DNA of 64,000 nucleotides, taken from the NCBI GenBank assembly GCA_964304625.1, contig OZ199838.1, positions 2,517,502 to 2,581,501 on the forward strand, given 5' to 3'. Position numbers and translations under genes: made by a program. Below are positions 40,301 through 53,390 of the stretch, piece after piece. The notes under the pieces were generated by a model. The model was given only the letters and a program-made list of their open reading frames with translations, was not told the origin of the DNA and did not search any database. Source of the stretch: Kudoa neothunni. Its lineage: Eukaryota; Animalia; Cnidaria. How positions within the stretch are numbered: position 1 is the stretch's first letter; every line of letters begins with the position of its first letter.

Positions 40301-43300
40301 AAATATTTGAATAATGAATGTTACTTGTTTCTTTATTTTCAATAATTTGAATATTATAATCTCCATTGGGAACAATTTTGAGAGTATAAGTTGTGTGGGA
40401 GTTAAGTCCAATAATCTCGAACCGTGAGTTGCACGATTTTACACACAACTCATTTACTGAACAAATTGCAGGATAATATAAATCGTTGTTCTCTTTTATG
40501 TAGATTGTACAAGTGTTTGTTGAAGTTGTAGAGCTTTCAGCGATTGTGATTCCATTCGCACTGGTAGAGACTGAAGCATCCAGAATGGACAGTTGTTTTG
40601 TAGCTGAAAATAAATTTTAAATAACATTTAATATTATAAAATACTTATTTTATGGAAGAAATATTTCTTTGGTGAGTAATTAGGTATCTTAGATATGGTT
40701 ACCATAATATCATTGTGTAAATAAGTTGGGTCAGGAGTAATGTTAACCTCCCCAAAGCTACAAGCAGGCGATGGATTATTTACATTTTTCCTTCCATTTT
40801 CAATAACTAATGGAGCATAAGTGTTCCAAAACTTTACCGAACATGCAGCAGCCTCACCAATAAGATTCCCACCATTTTCGTCTTTATCTTTTCCCCTAAT
40901 GTTTATTTGAATTTTTCCTTCTACCGTTTTCACTGGAACATCGTTTCCGTGTTTAACTAAAAATTTTACTTTATTTATTAAATAGATCTAAATATTACGT
41001 ATGTGTATATTATTTTGATAACCGATCGAAGGTTTCATTCCCAGTTTAAGCACTCTTATTTTAACCGCTTTTACATTACTTTGCATATTTCTAAATGTAT
41101 AGCTGTTGCACAGACTGAAGAAACAGTTTTCTTTATTATCACATCGATTCGAAAAAAACCTGTTGGAATTTGCCGCAGTGGCATCTATCCATTCGAATGT
41201 GCACATTTCAGATGGCTCTGAATTAACCATTTGAACTGTGAATGTCTTCCTTGGTTCATCATTTTTTAGTTCGTAATAAAATCTACCGAAAACTGGGGCC
41301 TGATTTTTAACAAATGTATTGTCGTAGAAATAATGCAAGTCAAAATATTCTGGGCAGCTTATATAATAATCTTTTACTAGCTCATCGAATTGAAACGAAT
41401 AACTTCTAAAATCACCTTGGGAGCTGCAAGATTCTGTTCCTCCCACAGATTGCTCTAACAGGGTATCTTTGTATGCTTTGCACCTTGATGAGCATTTATT
41501 TAACCCTAATTTTATTTTGTCGTCTTCTAATTCAGCTATGCGGGTAAGTTCCTCAAAATGATCTTAAGAAAAATAGTAAAATTTATAACGAAATTTTATA
41601 TTACCCATATAGTATGAATAGACCTTTCCTATTTTTATTTGGACTACTGTCGGTTTTATTGGCTCTTGATCTTTTACAGGCGATACAACAGATGATGATA
41701 AAACAGGCTGATGGGAATCAACTTTTTCTCCATTTTGGCCGTCGTTATCTTCTGCCGGTAGATTTCCTATGTCTCCTTGCGATTTTGCAATAATTCCTCT
41801 ATTAATACCCGATTTTTTAGCAATTTTTTCAACGATAGTTTTAGTATCTGAATAAGTGACAGAGATATAATTTAATTTATTCTGACTATCAGGATCAATG
41901 TAGAATTTATCCGAAAGGTCGTCACATTTTCTTGTTATTACCCCATTATTTCCAACATTTCCATAACTTGAAAGGTCATTATTAAATTTTTGGACTGTGC
42001 ATTCTTGTTTGCTTTTATCAGTTAGGTCATTATTTTTGAATTTTACCATGTACTTTTGTGCTGATTGAATGTAATATAGACTCATATCCTGGTCACCTTC
42101 TTCAATACCACCTATAAATATAAAATTAATATTTCTATAAAAAAGCAATTACATTCTATGTCTGTATCTTTTGGTTTAGAGTAATCTACATTTATAACTA
42201 CTAGTTTATATGTAACTTCACAGTTGAGAGAACTCCATGAGAAATCAATAGTGTTAGATCCACTGGTTACAGCGGGTTTGCAACCGCCATTCAAACAATC
42301 CTTGATAATTTTCTTAGATCCTTGTTCCAGTAGAACGTATTCCCAAGAAGTTCCTAAAGTTTGACCTGTAGAAGCAGCAGCCATTGTAGCTGTTGTCTTC
42401 TTAAGCTCTTTACTTTCTGAGATGTCTAATGTAATATCGATTCCACCAGCTAGTTAAATTCATTATTATTAAATTTTATGAGTAAATTACTAGATGCCTC
42501 AGTGCTTTCAATACAATTATATCCTTTCGGACAAACAGTTAGTTTGTAGTTTGTTTTGGGATCAAAATTTATTATACTGAAATCGCTATTACAAGCATCA
42601 GAACAAAATTTTTTTTCTTCACAAGTAGCAGGATACATCGGTGTATTATTTCCAGTGGCTGAATAGTAGAGATCGCATTTTACGTCATTACCTCCTCCAT
42701 CGGAAAATGAATTAGATAGATTTAGAGTTAATTTATTATGTTGGCCCGGAGTAGTGCCTGGTGTAAAAGTACCACTATGTGCTAAGTCATCCCCTATTTA
42801 AATTTATAACTATAGAATTAATGTTTAAAGTTACCTTTAGTTTTGAAATAATAATAACGGTGATAATAATTAACTTCAGGATGATCTAATGTTGTAAGTC
42901 CCCTTATTTTAATTTTTAAAATATATTCAGTTAATGGTATAAGCGAGCTCAAACTTATTTGATGAAAAGAGTTACACTCCCTATCACACGTAGGATCTTT
43001 CCAATTATCTTCAATTCCCAGATTTTTATCAATTATTTTGATTTCTTCGATAGCTGCTTCTTTTTTAGCATCATTCTCGCCCTCATTTTTATTTAGACTA
43101 TCCAAATTTACAGTTGCCACATCTTTACCGATAGAAGTAACCGTAGTTTGACCGGTTGCAACTATAAAATTGATAAGACACATTAGATACATTAAAATTT
43201 ACATGTTATAGTTTGAATAAACTCTTTGGGTGTTATCTTATCTAAGGGTTTTACAAGTACTTGAGCAAAATTGAAAGTTTGATCATGATACAAAGTTGCT

Positions 43301-44241
43301 TTATAACAAGGTTGAAGACAGGGCCCAGCTCTATTCACAGCTGAGCAACTAGAGGAAAAATGAGAGTCATTCATATCTTTTATTCCAAAATAGCAAATTT
43401 GCGAAGGTTTTGGATTTTGGAGTATAATTGTATAATATTTGTTATCTTTTGACCCATTTGCAATAAACCAATCCTCATCGAGGTTTTTTGGATTCAATAA
43501 AATTTCTGGTGTCTCATGACCAACTTCAACCACATACGTAGGTTGATATGATTTAGAAGGTAGTGTAATAGATTTGACTGCAAAAAATTCAATGGACGAT
43601 CCTTGACTGTGTCCTGAAGCAGAACCTTTGACAGTCAACTCGCTGCTTTCTTTGCTTTGAATGGAAAGAGTGAATGCATTATTTGCTTTGATTGCTGTAA
43701 AAAAACTCTTTATAAAAAGATCTATTTAATTATATTAAAATATTATTGAATAAATTAATATACCTTTTATAGCAAAAACCCTCTTGATAGGACAGTTTTT
43801 TACATCCTTCTCATTCATACCTTGACACCATTTTATATACTTAATGGTATTGAATTCTTGACCACTGAGATTAAATTCGACTTTTTTACATTTATAAGTA
43901 CACATCTTTAAATTTTGATCCATTTGTGCACATGTTATGCTATTAGTGCCGACAAAAACGTCAACTTTCACCCCATTTTGGCTATAGTATTGAAGTGCAC
44001 AATGTCTGAAGCTATTCTCAATATTGTATCCAGAAAGTGAAATGATATATTTCTTTGAACTTTGCAAAAAATTCACTTTCATTATATTATTATCAATATT
44101 ATCAGAGAATATATTTTTTACACATAACACTAATAACGAATAATATATATATATATATATATAATCTCAACGAAAATTACATGTTAAAATGACGAGATAT
44201 ATTGTAGAAGTATATCGTTGTCTCAAAGACAATCTCATCAT
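37355..44241 (-). CDS. large type-I membrane / extracellular protein with ~20 Cys-rich FN3-like domains (5' block of the array)
   Basis: Signal peptide MMRLSLRQRYTSTIYLVILTLLCVKNIFS (44241-44181 spliced to 44129). About 17 exons, open down to 37944. FN3-type F-strand motifs (IKGLLAGTSYVISV, IANLDLGATYNVTV, IIGLNSHTTYTLKI, LSSLIPLTEYILKI). TM exon LYAMIPVVASLLVVIGIAVY-RKNSKDISYDL* (37451-37355). The 37943-37600 linker does not splice cleanly. Confidence 0.8.
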
Positions 44242-44888
44242 TATTTAGCTAAGTAGTTGTGAATTAACAAAAAATGGTTCGCACAAATTTGTATCGATAT
44301 GAATAGAGGAATATATCTTGATAATTATTAATGTGTCCAATTCAATTAAAAAATAATCAGCTTCGATCTTACGAAAAGATAATAACTATTAAAATATGAC
44401 AAAATTTTATGTGAACGGACAGTCGCCTTTTCGAGCATTGTTGATTGTTTCTGCTGCCCTAATTATCATTTTCTTCATTCACTCAAATTATTTTTTTATA
44501 ATATACAGGAAATATTTTAATATTATATTATAACACGTATATAATTTTTTGTTAAAATTTCATATCATCGATTTGCGATTATTTAATAAGCATAATTAAA
44601 TAAAATTGTCAATTGTAATATTGATTGAATTTAGGCTGAGATTATTTACATGATAAAATTAAATCCTAACTGGCATGTACGCATGTGCGGTGGAAATTTT
44701 AATTCCAGTAACTATTACTCACAAACTGTATACAGATTTAATTAATATATAGTCAATACTAGTGACATCTGAATATTATTTACCATGTCAATAGCCACTT
44801 TCTTAATTTTAGAACAATCGTTAATAGTATTTTTTAGTTACGTGGCACATCCACATAAGTAGAGTAGCGCGGAACCTCAATAACGCTA

Positions 44889-44965
44889 TGGCCCAAAGCC
44901 TTAGTTAGTGGTAAGGCATCGACATTTTCAGCTCGAGAGTCACAGGTTCGATCCTCATTCGCTAC
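44889..44965 (+). repeat. tRNA-derived SINE-like / tRNA pseudogene
   Basis: A-box TAGTTAGTGGTAAGG and B-box GGTTCGATCC at tRNA spacing; no convincing acceptor stem. Confidence 0.55.
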
Positions 44966-47520
44966 AGAATTATCATGTAAGACGAAGCTTCACAATGTTA
45001 AATTAAAATTTCGTTTGTACTATTCAATAATGCCTAATTTCTAAATAATAAAAAATATTCGTATTTTCTAAGAACATGATTAGAACGCAAAAATTTTTAC
45101 GATATTTTATAAATTGTTATATGAAGTTTTTTGTTAAAATAAAGAAATTACGCTATCATTTTTGTAATAATCCCGAAGGACACTATTATTATGGACCTAC
45201 ATTATCACACCTAAACAGTTGGACATGCCGATTTCCATCATCATTAATTAGTTATCGTTATTCTAAATAATACGATCGGGTTAACTCCTATTCTACTAAT
45301 ACGGTCTCTATCATTTTCATTTTCATTTCCATTTCCATTTCAATTACATTGTTATTTGTTATATTGGGTTTCTATCCTAGCACGATACTAACAATTTTCA
45401 TAAGAATCAGTCGACCATTATAATTGGATGTTATTATTAAAAATTGTTAATTTAAATTGCATACTTAATATAATAAAATTTCTTTATTAAATATTTTTTG
45501 ATGTACATTAAACAATAATATGCATAACTTCTGAATTGGTTAACATCAAAGATTGAATGCCAAAAGTTTAACATTTACGAACACGTCATCTGTTTCATTT
45601 TAAAAAAATATTTTTCGTAAAAAAACAAGTTTACGTGATTTTATAATATTATCGTAATAATTCAAAATAAATTTCGCTTGTTAAACTTATTTTAAGGAAA
45701 TTTAGTAATAATGTATTAAATGCCAAGATGATGATATTTATGAAGTATTAACGTTAATGCCCAGCTTTGCCCGGCATTATGTGATGGAAAATTTTAACTT
45801 TTAATTTTATTTTTTAGTGGAGAAATTTTACGGAAGAGTTAATCTAATTAGCGCTTTAAACCCTGTAACGTTTATTTTTCTACTTTAATTGTTGCATTTT
45901 AAAGCTTGTTATTATTTTTGCAATGGAATGATTAAGAAAAACAAAATTATGCCCGCACTTTCTATTCAAATATAAATAAAGGTATTAGGGGAAATTAATG
46001 AGTATTCTTAAGTTTATTTTATCAATTATTGACCAGAAATATAATGATCATAATTTTATGAGCGATGCAATTAACGACTAAAGTTCATTTATTTATTAAA
46101 CAAAATCATTAAGTAACTTAAATAGAACTTTCAGTTCTTTTCAAAATCTTCCGATATAAATTAATCCTCCTAATTATAAAATTTATTATTAGTCCACAAA
46201 CGAAAAAAAATAATAGAATCGACCTAAGGAGCGTCAGAAATAAAAATATTAATTGTTACCTTTTTAGCAATTTTATAAAGGATATTAATGAGGTTTTAAT
46301 AATCTCTGAGTGGTAACTTACGTATTAACTATTTAAACGTAATTTCCTCATTTTTAAATAAATGAAACCTTTCTTTTTAACAAAAATACTTACTGGTTCA
46401 AAAATATACAAATTAAATTATCAAAATACGATTAAATCTAAAATGTAAAGGTGTTTTTGGTTTGAAAAATTACAGTAATGCTTAAATATCAATTGGTTTT
46501 CTCGAAGGAGTGCATTCTTTCAAAAATTAACGTACCGTTTGATTGCCGTAAAATAAATTTCTTCGTATTGAACTATTCTTAGATTAACGAAAACATTGTG
46601 AAAATATCGGTTAAATCGAATAAACCAATAATTTCTTATTAACTTACATGGCACATATTGAGATTGAGAGGGGACTGTAGTATGTGCAAAAGTAATCGTG
46701 AATATAAATTTTTAAACTACGTATAGAATGCGATATATCATATTTTCATGCAGCTTTTATAAAAATAATGAATTATTTTTAGTGAAAAGAAAATTATATA
46801 TTGAGTTGGATATTAATCTTAAGGTCTAGGGCTAAAGAATAATTAGGTTACTAAGAACATAAACATTATTTAAAAAATTATCTCATCAAATGTAGAAACT
46901 TATCGAATTGTTTATAGCAGCTGAGTTGTAAGTAAGTTTAGGAAAACAAAAAAATGAGTAAAAACTTAACGAAAAGATGAATATAGTTTCAATCTCAATC
47001 GATATATTTGATAAAAAGAAATTTTTATTTAAGAAGTTATCAGAAAAATTTAATTATTTGAAAACTCTACACACCATACTTCGTTTTTAGAATGCGTATA
47101 TAGACCCATATTATTCCAACATGGCAACAACATTAATCTCAAATTATGTGTTTTATTTGAAACTAGCGCTAAAGCCTCGCTTCGCTTGGACTTTCTTGCC
47201 CAGCCCAGGTAGGCTAAAGCCTTGAGTATGCCAAGATCATTTTCAGTTTGAACTAAATTAGGAGTATTTGGATAAATAGTACAACGATTACACAAATAAA
47301 GGTTGATTTATTTAACTAATAGTGTTAAAACCCAGCGTTGCTCAGGTTATAAAAAAATTTATTAAAACGCGTGCAAATAAATTGTCACGTTATTGAATAA
47401 AAAAAATATTTTATTTATACTTTAAGACATTATTCAAAAGGTATCTTGTGTTCTTCTGTTTGGAGATCCACAAATCTAAAAGTTATGTGAAAATATGTTT
47501 TAAAATAAAATTATATTTAT

Positions 47521-50500
47521 GGCTATGTCTATTTTTCCGGACCTGGCAAATTAGCCCACTCGCGTAGGATTGACTATTTTTCTGGACGCGCTTTTTCTCT
47601 TAAAATAATAATTCAATCGCTACAATTTTTTCTACAAAATATCTTTTATTAATGCAGAATGTAAATTTAGTTTCATTTATCTTTTAGTTAACAATTAGGC
47701 ATCAAAATACGTCGAGGATATTTTAAACTCATTCGTAAGTATCATTATAAATGACATTAAATTTTTTATAAATCTATATTATTTTCTTAATTAATCTAAT
47801 TCTATGTGTTACTGCATCATAAACGAGTAAAATGCCCTCTAGCGTGCGGTTGTAACGTTAATAGTCGCGAGTAGAATCACTATGGAAGGAGAGTCTGATC
47901 AAACAGTACTAATTCAGGATATTACATCTGAATCTAAGGTAGGAAGTACATTTGCAAACTTTGAAAAGTCTAAAGAATTCATGGATAAGTACTCAACGCG
48001 GAACAACTTTTGTTACTGGATCCGAGACTCTAGAAAAATCTCAAATGCCCTAAAAAATTTGATAGAGACATGAACTCTGATTTTGTCTATTATGAGGCCA
48101 CTTTTTGTTGTGTTCATGGTGGTAAAAATGTAATTATCTATATAAATATTGGTGTAATTAATTTGAATTCAGATACAATCTAAATGTGCTGGGAGGAGAA
48201 AAATTAACAGCCATAAAAGTGGTTGCAATTTCTTCATTACACTGCGAGTTCCTAAAAACATGAATATGTTAGTTATTAGAAAATTGGATCTTACCCACAG
48301 CTGCAATAGAAATGAGTATTTTAGGGATTTTTTACCAATGAATAGAAAATTAGATGAAGAAAGCAAGAATCTTATAAAAAATGTTCATTTTTATGATGGA
48401 AATTTAAAGGAGTGTTTCGTCGGATATTTCGGAATTGTTTAATTCAATAAAAAATTCTCACCAAAATGCAACTATCGAAATATTGCACAATAACTCCAAT
48501 GAAATGACTGGAATATTTTTCCAAGACCTTTATATGAAAAACGTTATTAAAAAATTTCCCGAACTAGTATTTATGGATGCCACTCATAAATTAATCAATA
48601 ATCGTATGCCATTGTATATATGTCTGTTTATCGATTCCTTTGGGCAAAGTCAAATAGGAGCTATTGCTCTTTTATCTGAGGAGAGTACCGTGACTGTTAC
48701 CTGGTTATGTCAATCTCTACTTAAACATAACGAGGAAATGTCAACCAAAACAGTTTGTTTCATTACGGATAAAGACATGATTGAAAGAAACTCTTTAAGA
48801 TCTATATTTCCTAACGTAAGTACAAACTTATGCCTGTACCATGTCTTAAGAACATTTGGGAGAGAAATCTCTACATTAAGAATGGGAATAAACAAAGCCG
48901 AAAGAAAAACTGCCTTAGATAGAGTTGATTCAAAAGCTTTGCTATACCAATGATCCAAAAATTTATGAAAATTACCATGAATTGTTAAATAAGACATGTA
49001 ACAAAAAAATCATTACTTATTATAATAAATCTTGGGATCCAATCAAACATGAATGGTGCCCGGCATACATGAACGTAAAGGGTACTTTTTTGAATAGAAC
49101 AAATAATCGATTAGAATGCATAAATTCCAAAATTAAACAAATCACAAAAAAATTCTCAACAATTGAAGTCTTTTTCAGTGATCTGCTTATTTATTTATTT
49201 ATCAAGTATGAGGACTGAGCGTGAGAGTAAAGCAGTTAGAGAGTGGACAACCCAAACTGTTGAGAAATTAAATTCAGAAATTAACGAACAATATAAAACA
49301 TTGTTGACTTCATATGCGTATAATATTATGCAGGATGAAATAAATAATCATATCGAATCCTATGCCAATCCTGATCCCAATAGTTGTACATGTTGTTTCT
49401 ACGTAAGTATGGAGTTACCATGTAGGCATATTATTTACGCTAGAAAAATAATGAACATGAATTTAAACGAAGAGAAAATTTGTAATAAGAGGTGGCACAA
49501 AGAATATTCCCTGTCATTTATTCAAATGACCAAAAATTTATATCTTCAAAATCCTTCGTGCTGTGTGCAACCAAGTATTACAGAAATTTCGAGTCAGTGC
49601 CCTGTTCCGAATTCTGCTTTAAAGCGATACAGGGAGCTAGAAATTCTTTGTAAGAAAATAGCTTCGCTAGGGTCTGAAAAAACAGGGAGTCAATATGATT
49701 CATTAAAAAAGATTTTAGGTGAATTAATCTCTCTTATTTCCAATGAGGATTCTCTGGATAAGGTGACTATTTTTTCCACTATTCATATATCAACATAATT
49801 CAGTTCAAGTTGACGTCTGAATTTTTCGTCGAAAACAATCAAGAGATTTTAATCTCAACACGTTATTAATGATAGTGTCTTTAGTAAAATTTTTATTTTG
49901 TGTTTAGATATTGAGGAATCATGAATAGAGAATGAGGATATACTAGAAACAGTTAATGATAATGTTCCACCATCAATAACTGATATGGAGATCCTTAATA
50001 TTGTAGAAGATATCACAACTAAAAATCCATGCTTGAAGGGTGTGTATCTTTTGTCCATTTTGCTAAATTCATAAAACTATAGGAATTAAGCCGCCAACAG
50101 TAATGAAATTGAGAGCTAGACCAAAATGTGTATTAGAAACAGTTATAGGTTTGAGAGAAAAAAGGAAATTCTGATTATGATAAAGATAAAGATGATAGTA
50201 ATAATAATAACACCAGTATCGATATATAGTATTCAAATATAATTTTATGTGTGAGTTAAACAGTGCCAATTATTTGGCGTTGCAATACAAGATAATTTCA
50301 AACATTTATTATTTAAAAGTAGAATACTCAACATTTTATTGAGTTTTAGTGGTGTATCAATCATCTGTTAAAAATATTTACCAATTTATAAAAATTTAAA
50401 ATTCCAATTGGTCAAATAGTTTTACTTTAATGTATTTTCATTTGGATATTATAGATACAAATTAGCCATCTTAAAATTCGTCGCTGAATTAATGAAACTA

Positions 50501-50602
50501 AATTTATATTTTGCATTTATAAAATATATTTTCTAGAAAAAATTTGAGCTATTGAATCATTATATTAAGAGAAATGACGCGTCCGGCAAAATAGACAATG
50601 CC
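47521..50602 (+). mobile_element. Mutator-like element (MULE transposase + SWIM finger), decayed
   Basis: ~110-bp TIRs (GGCTATGTCTATTTTTCCGGAC / reverse complement GGCATTGTCTATTTTGCCGGAC). 9-bp TSD TATATTTAT / TTTATTCAT. Motifs FMDATHK, FITDKD, CLYHVLR, NRTNNRLECIN; SWIM CTCCF....LPCRHI. Frameshifts present. Confidence 0.92.
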
Positions 50603-50829
50603 TTTATTCATTATTTTCTCGATAGAATTCCCCTAAATTTTTAAAAATCATATGTTTCAATGTTTTAAATAATTTTATTTGGAAGATGTTTTTAAATTAA
50701 CTTTTTTGATATTTAAAAAAAAATTTTCAATTCATTTTTCTGAAAGTTTTCGTAAAGATAAATGATTACAAAAAGTGTGGAGGAGTTATGCTCCATTTAT
50801 ACAATATAATATTGTTGACCAAATTCACT

Positions 50830-52216
50830 TGGGGTAGAAATCTACTCCATTTTATTTAGAAATTTAAATGTAAAAATTTGTGTGATGCCATAAATGAAGA
50901 TATTAATCGACCAATATTCAAAAATTTTAAGGAAACTTGCCTCTCTTTGAAATTTTCAAACGGTGAAATATGTTGATCCATACACTCCAATTACTATTGA
51001 CAAATTAAATGGCGGTTATCTTCATTACTTGGTAGAACAGTGTTTCCCAACGTGGAGGCGTGGAAAAATTTTGGTGGGCATGGAAATCTTTGAGCGTTTA
51101 ATGAACAACTCTTGTAGGAGGTGGAAAATCCCGATCATAAATGCGACATGAATAATGGTGAGATAATTGGGCAGTGTATCGCACATGGAAATCAATACAT
51201 CGATTTTTGATCTTGTTTATTTGTAAGCAAATACGATTATTATAAAAAAATACTAAAAGCACTTACTAATTTATATAAAAACAAATGAAAACATTTAACG
51301 TGATTTTTACCCAATAGAATCGGAATGGTTATAATTCCAATGTTGTCTCATTTATAAACGTATGTTCTTCTTTTAAAATCTAATATAACATTGATTGATT
51401 TTGTATTTACCCTATTTATTTTCCGTTCATTCTCCCCGCATACACGAAAGTCTTTCCTAATGAAGGTTGGATTACCACAAGTTTCATTTGATGCTGTTTT
51501 TGACGGAATTAAGAACTAAAGATGTTAATTTTTAAGGCCCATCGATAAATTAAATTAGGTCTGATCGAACATATTTTAATTTTAATTAGAAAAGAAATAT
51601 ATATTAATTTCTTTCAAATTTTAATGTGATAGATAGGGAGGTTTTTTCGATGTTATTAGCGGTTGAATTTAAAAATCAATACACCTGAAACAGGTGAGGC
51701 ACAGAACTTATTTTAAAGAAAAAGTGGGGCGCGACAGATAAAAGGTTGGGAAACACTGTGGTAGGAAGTGAAGAGATGATCGAGGTTAATAACGGATACT
51801 GCATGTTACGTAAAATGATAGAAGATTAAACTCGACCCTCACTCAAACACTGATTCCTGGAATAAAGAATAAAGTGTGGAATACTTGTCCGATTCTTTCG
51901 AGACTTTGTCAAGATATATTGATGGCACCAGTTTCCTACATTGATGTAGAAAGGAGTTGGGCAAAATTGCCACATATATTTGGGAAAGAAAGTATTAATC
52001 ATTGTGATGGCCCCCAAGAATGCTCTAAATTCTCGATTTCAATGGTCCATTATAACCAACATTAAAATTCTACAATTTACTTTTATCGTAGACACCGAAT
52101 TTTTTTCTAAAACAAAGGTCGACCAGATCAAATTTAAATTTTGTTCATTCCGGTCGATAATAACCATGGATTTGAAAAAAAATAAACGTCGAAAATTACC
52201 CACCCTATTCGTACAT
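50830..52216 (+). mobile_element. hAT transposase remnant (C-terminal dimerisation domain), boundaries approximate
   Basis: CPILSRLCQDILMAPVSYIDVERSW (51874-52065) matches the hAT dimerisation consensus; interrupted by a MITE. Confidence 0.6.
51038..51758. mobile_element. hAT-type MITE nested in the hAT remnant
   Basis: Perfect 14-bp TIRs CAGTGTTTCCCAAC / GTTGGGAAACACTG; 8-bp TSD TGGTAGAA / TGGTAGGA. Confidence 0.9.
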
Positions 52217-52471
52217 GATACATGATGTAGAAGACTAACATGACCAAGAAAAAAAGCGAAAATCTCGCCAATAAGAAATTACAGATGTTACACCAATAAT
52301 CAAAAGTGGATAAAATAAAACTGAAAACATGTTATTAGTAGAAACAGAAACAAGTTGGATTTAATTAATAAGGAAAACGCTCAAGAATTACACGGATTAA
52401 ACATGCATTTTTTGTAAAGCTAATTTTAATTATCGGTTCAATTTCTAACAAGAATGACACATGATTCGATC

Positions 52472-53390
52472 TCAGTGTTGAACAGATTGAGAGGTTTGTT
52501 GAAGAGGGACATTGTTGGTGGGAAGTTGTTGAGGTCCAGAAATGAGTTCACCTTTGCCGGTGGTCGAGTAAGGCAAACTGTATGGAAGGGGATCCTCTTC
52601 TTTTGGTTGAAGAACATACACATGATCGGGTAGCATGTTTGGAATGTCGGTTGGGGCAAGGCCGGGGTCTTGTGACTTGTTGATAGTGACGCGAACACCA
52701 AGAATACCTTGTCTCATGTAAACATGACGAACAGCTACTTCGACATGGGTTGAAGCTGCATGTCCCGCATGAACCATAACCCCATCAACAAATTTCATGG
52801 CTTTAGCACGTTGATCTCTAACTTTTCCGGAGATAACCACTTCACATCCTCTAGCACCAGCGGCCATGACAGTTCTTAGAACACTGTAGGCAGCTCTATT
52901 CAACCAATGTTATCACCATTTGTGATAGAATCATCAAAATTACTGTCTGACAGCCAAACCACTGAGTAAACGATGTTTGACGGCTTCACATTGAGAAGCA
53001 GCACTAAGACCACGTTGGGCAACTTTACCAAAGAAGCACTTGAAAAATAATCGTATAGAACACAGAAAAGTAAATAATTGTGAGCTACTTTAAGGGTGGA
53101 TGGGTCGAGATTGAAACGAGCAGAAATCAACGCGGACAATTCACGAACTCTTCGTCCTTCATCTCCAGCAATTTTTTGTGTGCAATATATATAAAGATTT
53201 TTAGTGTCTGCTGATGCGGAGAGGTTAACTTCAACATATCCATCTTGGGCAAGTTCTTTCTGGAGGAAGGCATCAATTTCGGCCAATCTGAGACCGTCAC
53301 TGATAAACTAATGTTCGGACAATTAGAATTGATAAAACTAATAACAATTAGATAGGTTACTTGTTTCTTTAGAGATAACTTTTGCGACAT
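52472..53390 (-). CDS. RPS3: 40S ribosomal protein S3 (uS3), 4 exons
   Basis: Exons 53390-53361, 53307-53089, 53038-52944 and 52895-52472 (introns 53, 50 and 48 nt). Motifs ELAQDGY, GRRVRELS, GARGCEVVISGK, QRAKAMKFVDG, RQGILGVRV, LPDHV. Confidence 0.97.

Noticed and set aside
10530-42148. Plus-strand ORFs overlapping the array (e.g. 10530-10763, 11669-11887, 39620-39994, 41003-41221)
   Set aside because: Antisense shadows of minus-strand exons, with no motifs or splice structure of their own.
12442-44130. Treating each 80-190 aa ORF as an independent small prokaryote-style gene or operon
   Set aside because: ORF ends run into introns with GT/AG boundaries, and the exons splice in frame; the DNA is eukaryotic.
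44889-44965. Functional tRNA gene
   Set aside because: A/B boxes are present, but the acceptor and anticodon stems do not pair convincingly, and related degenerate copies exist; treated as a repeat.
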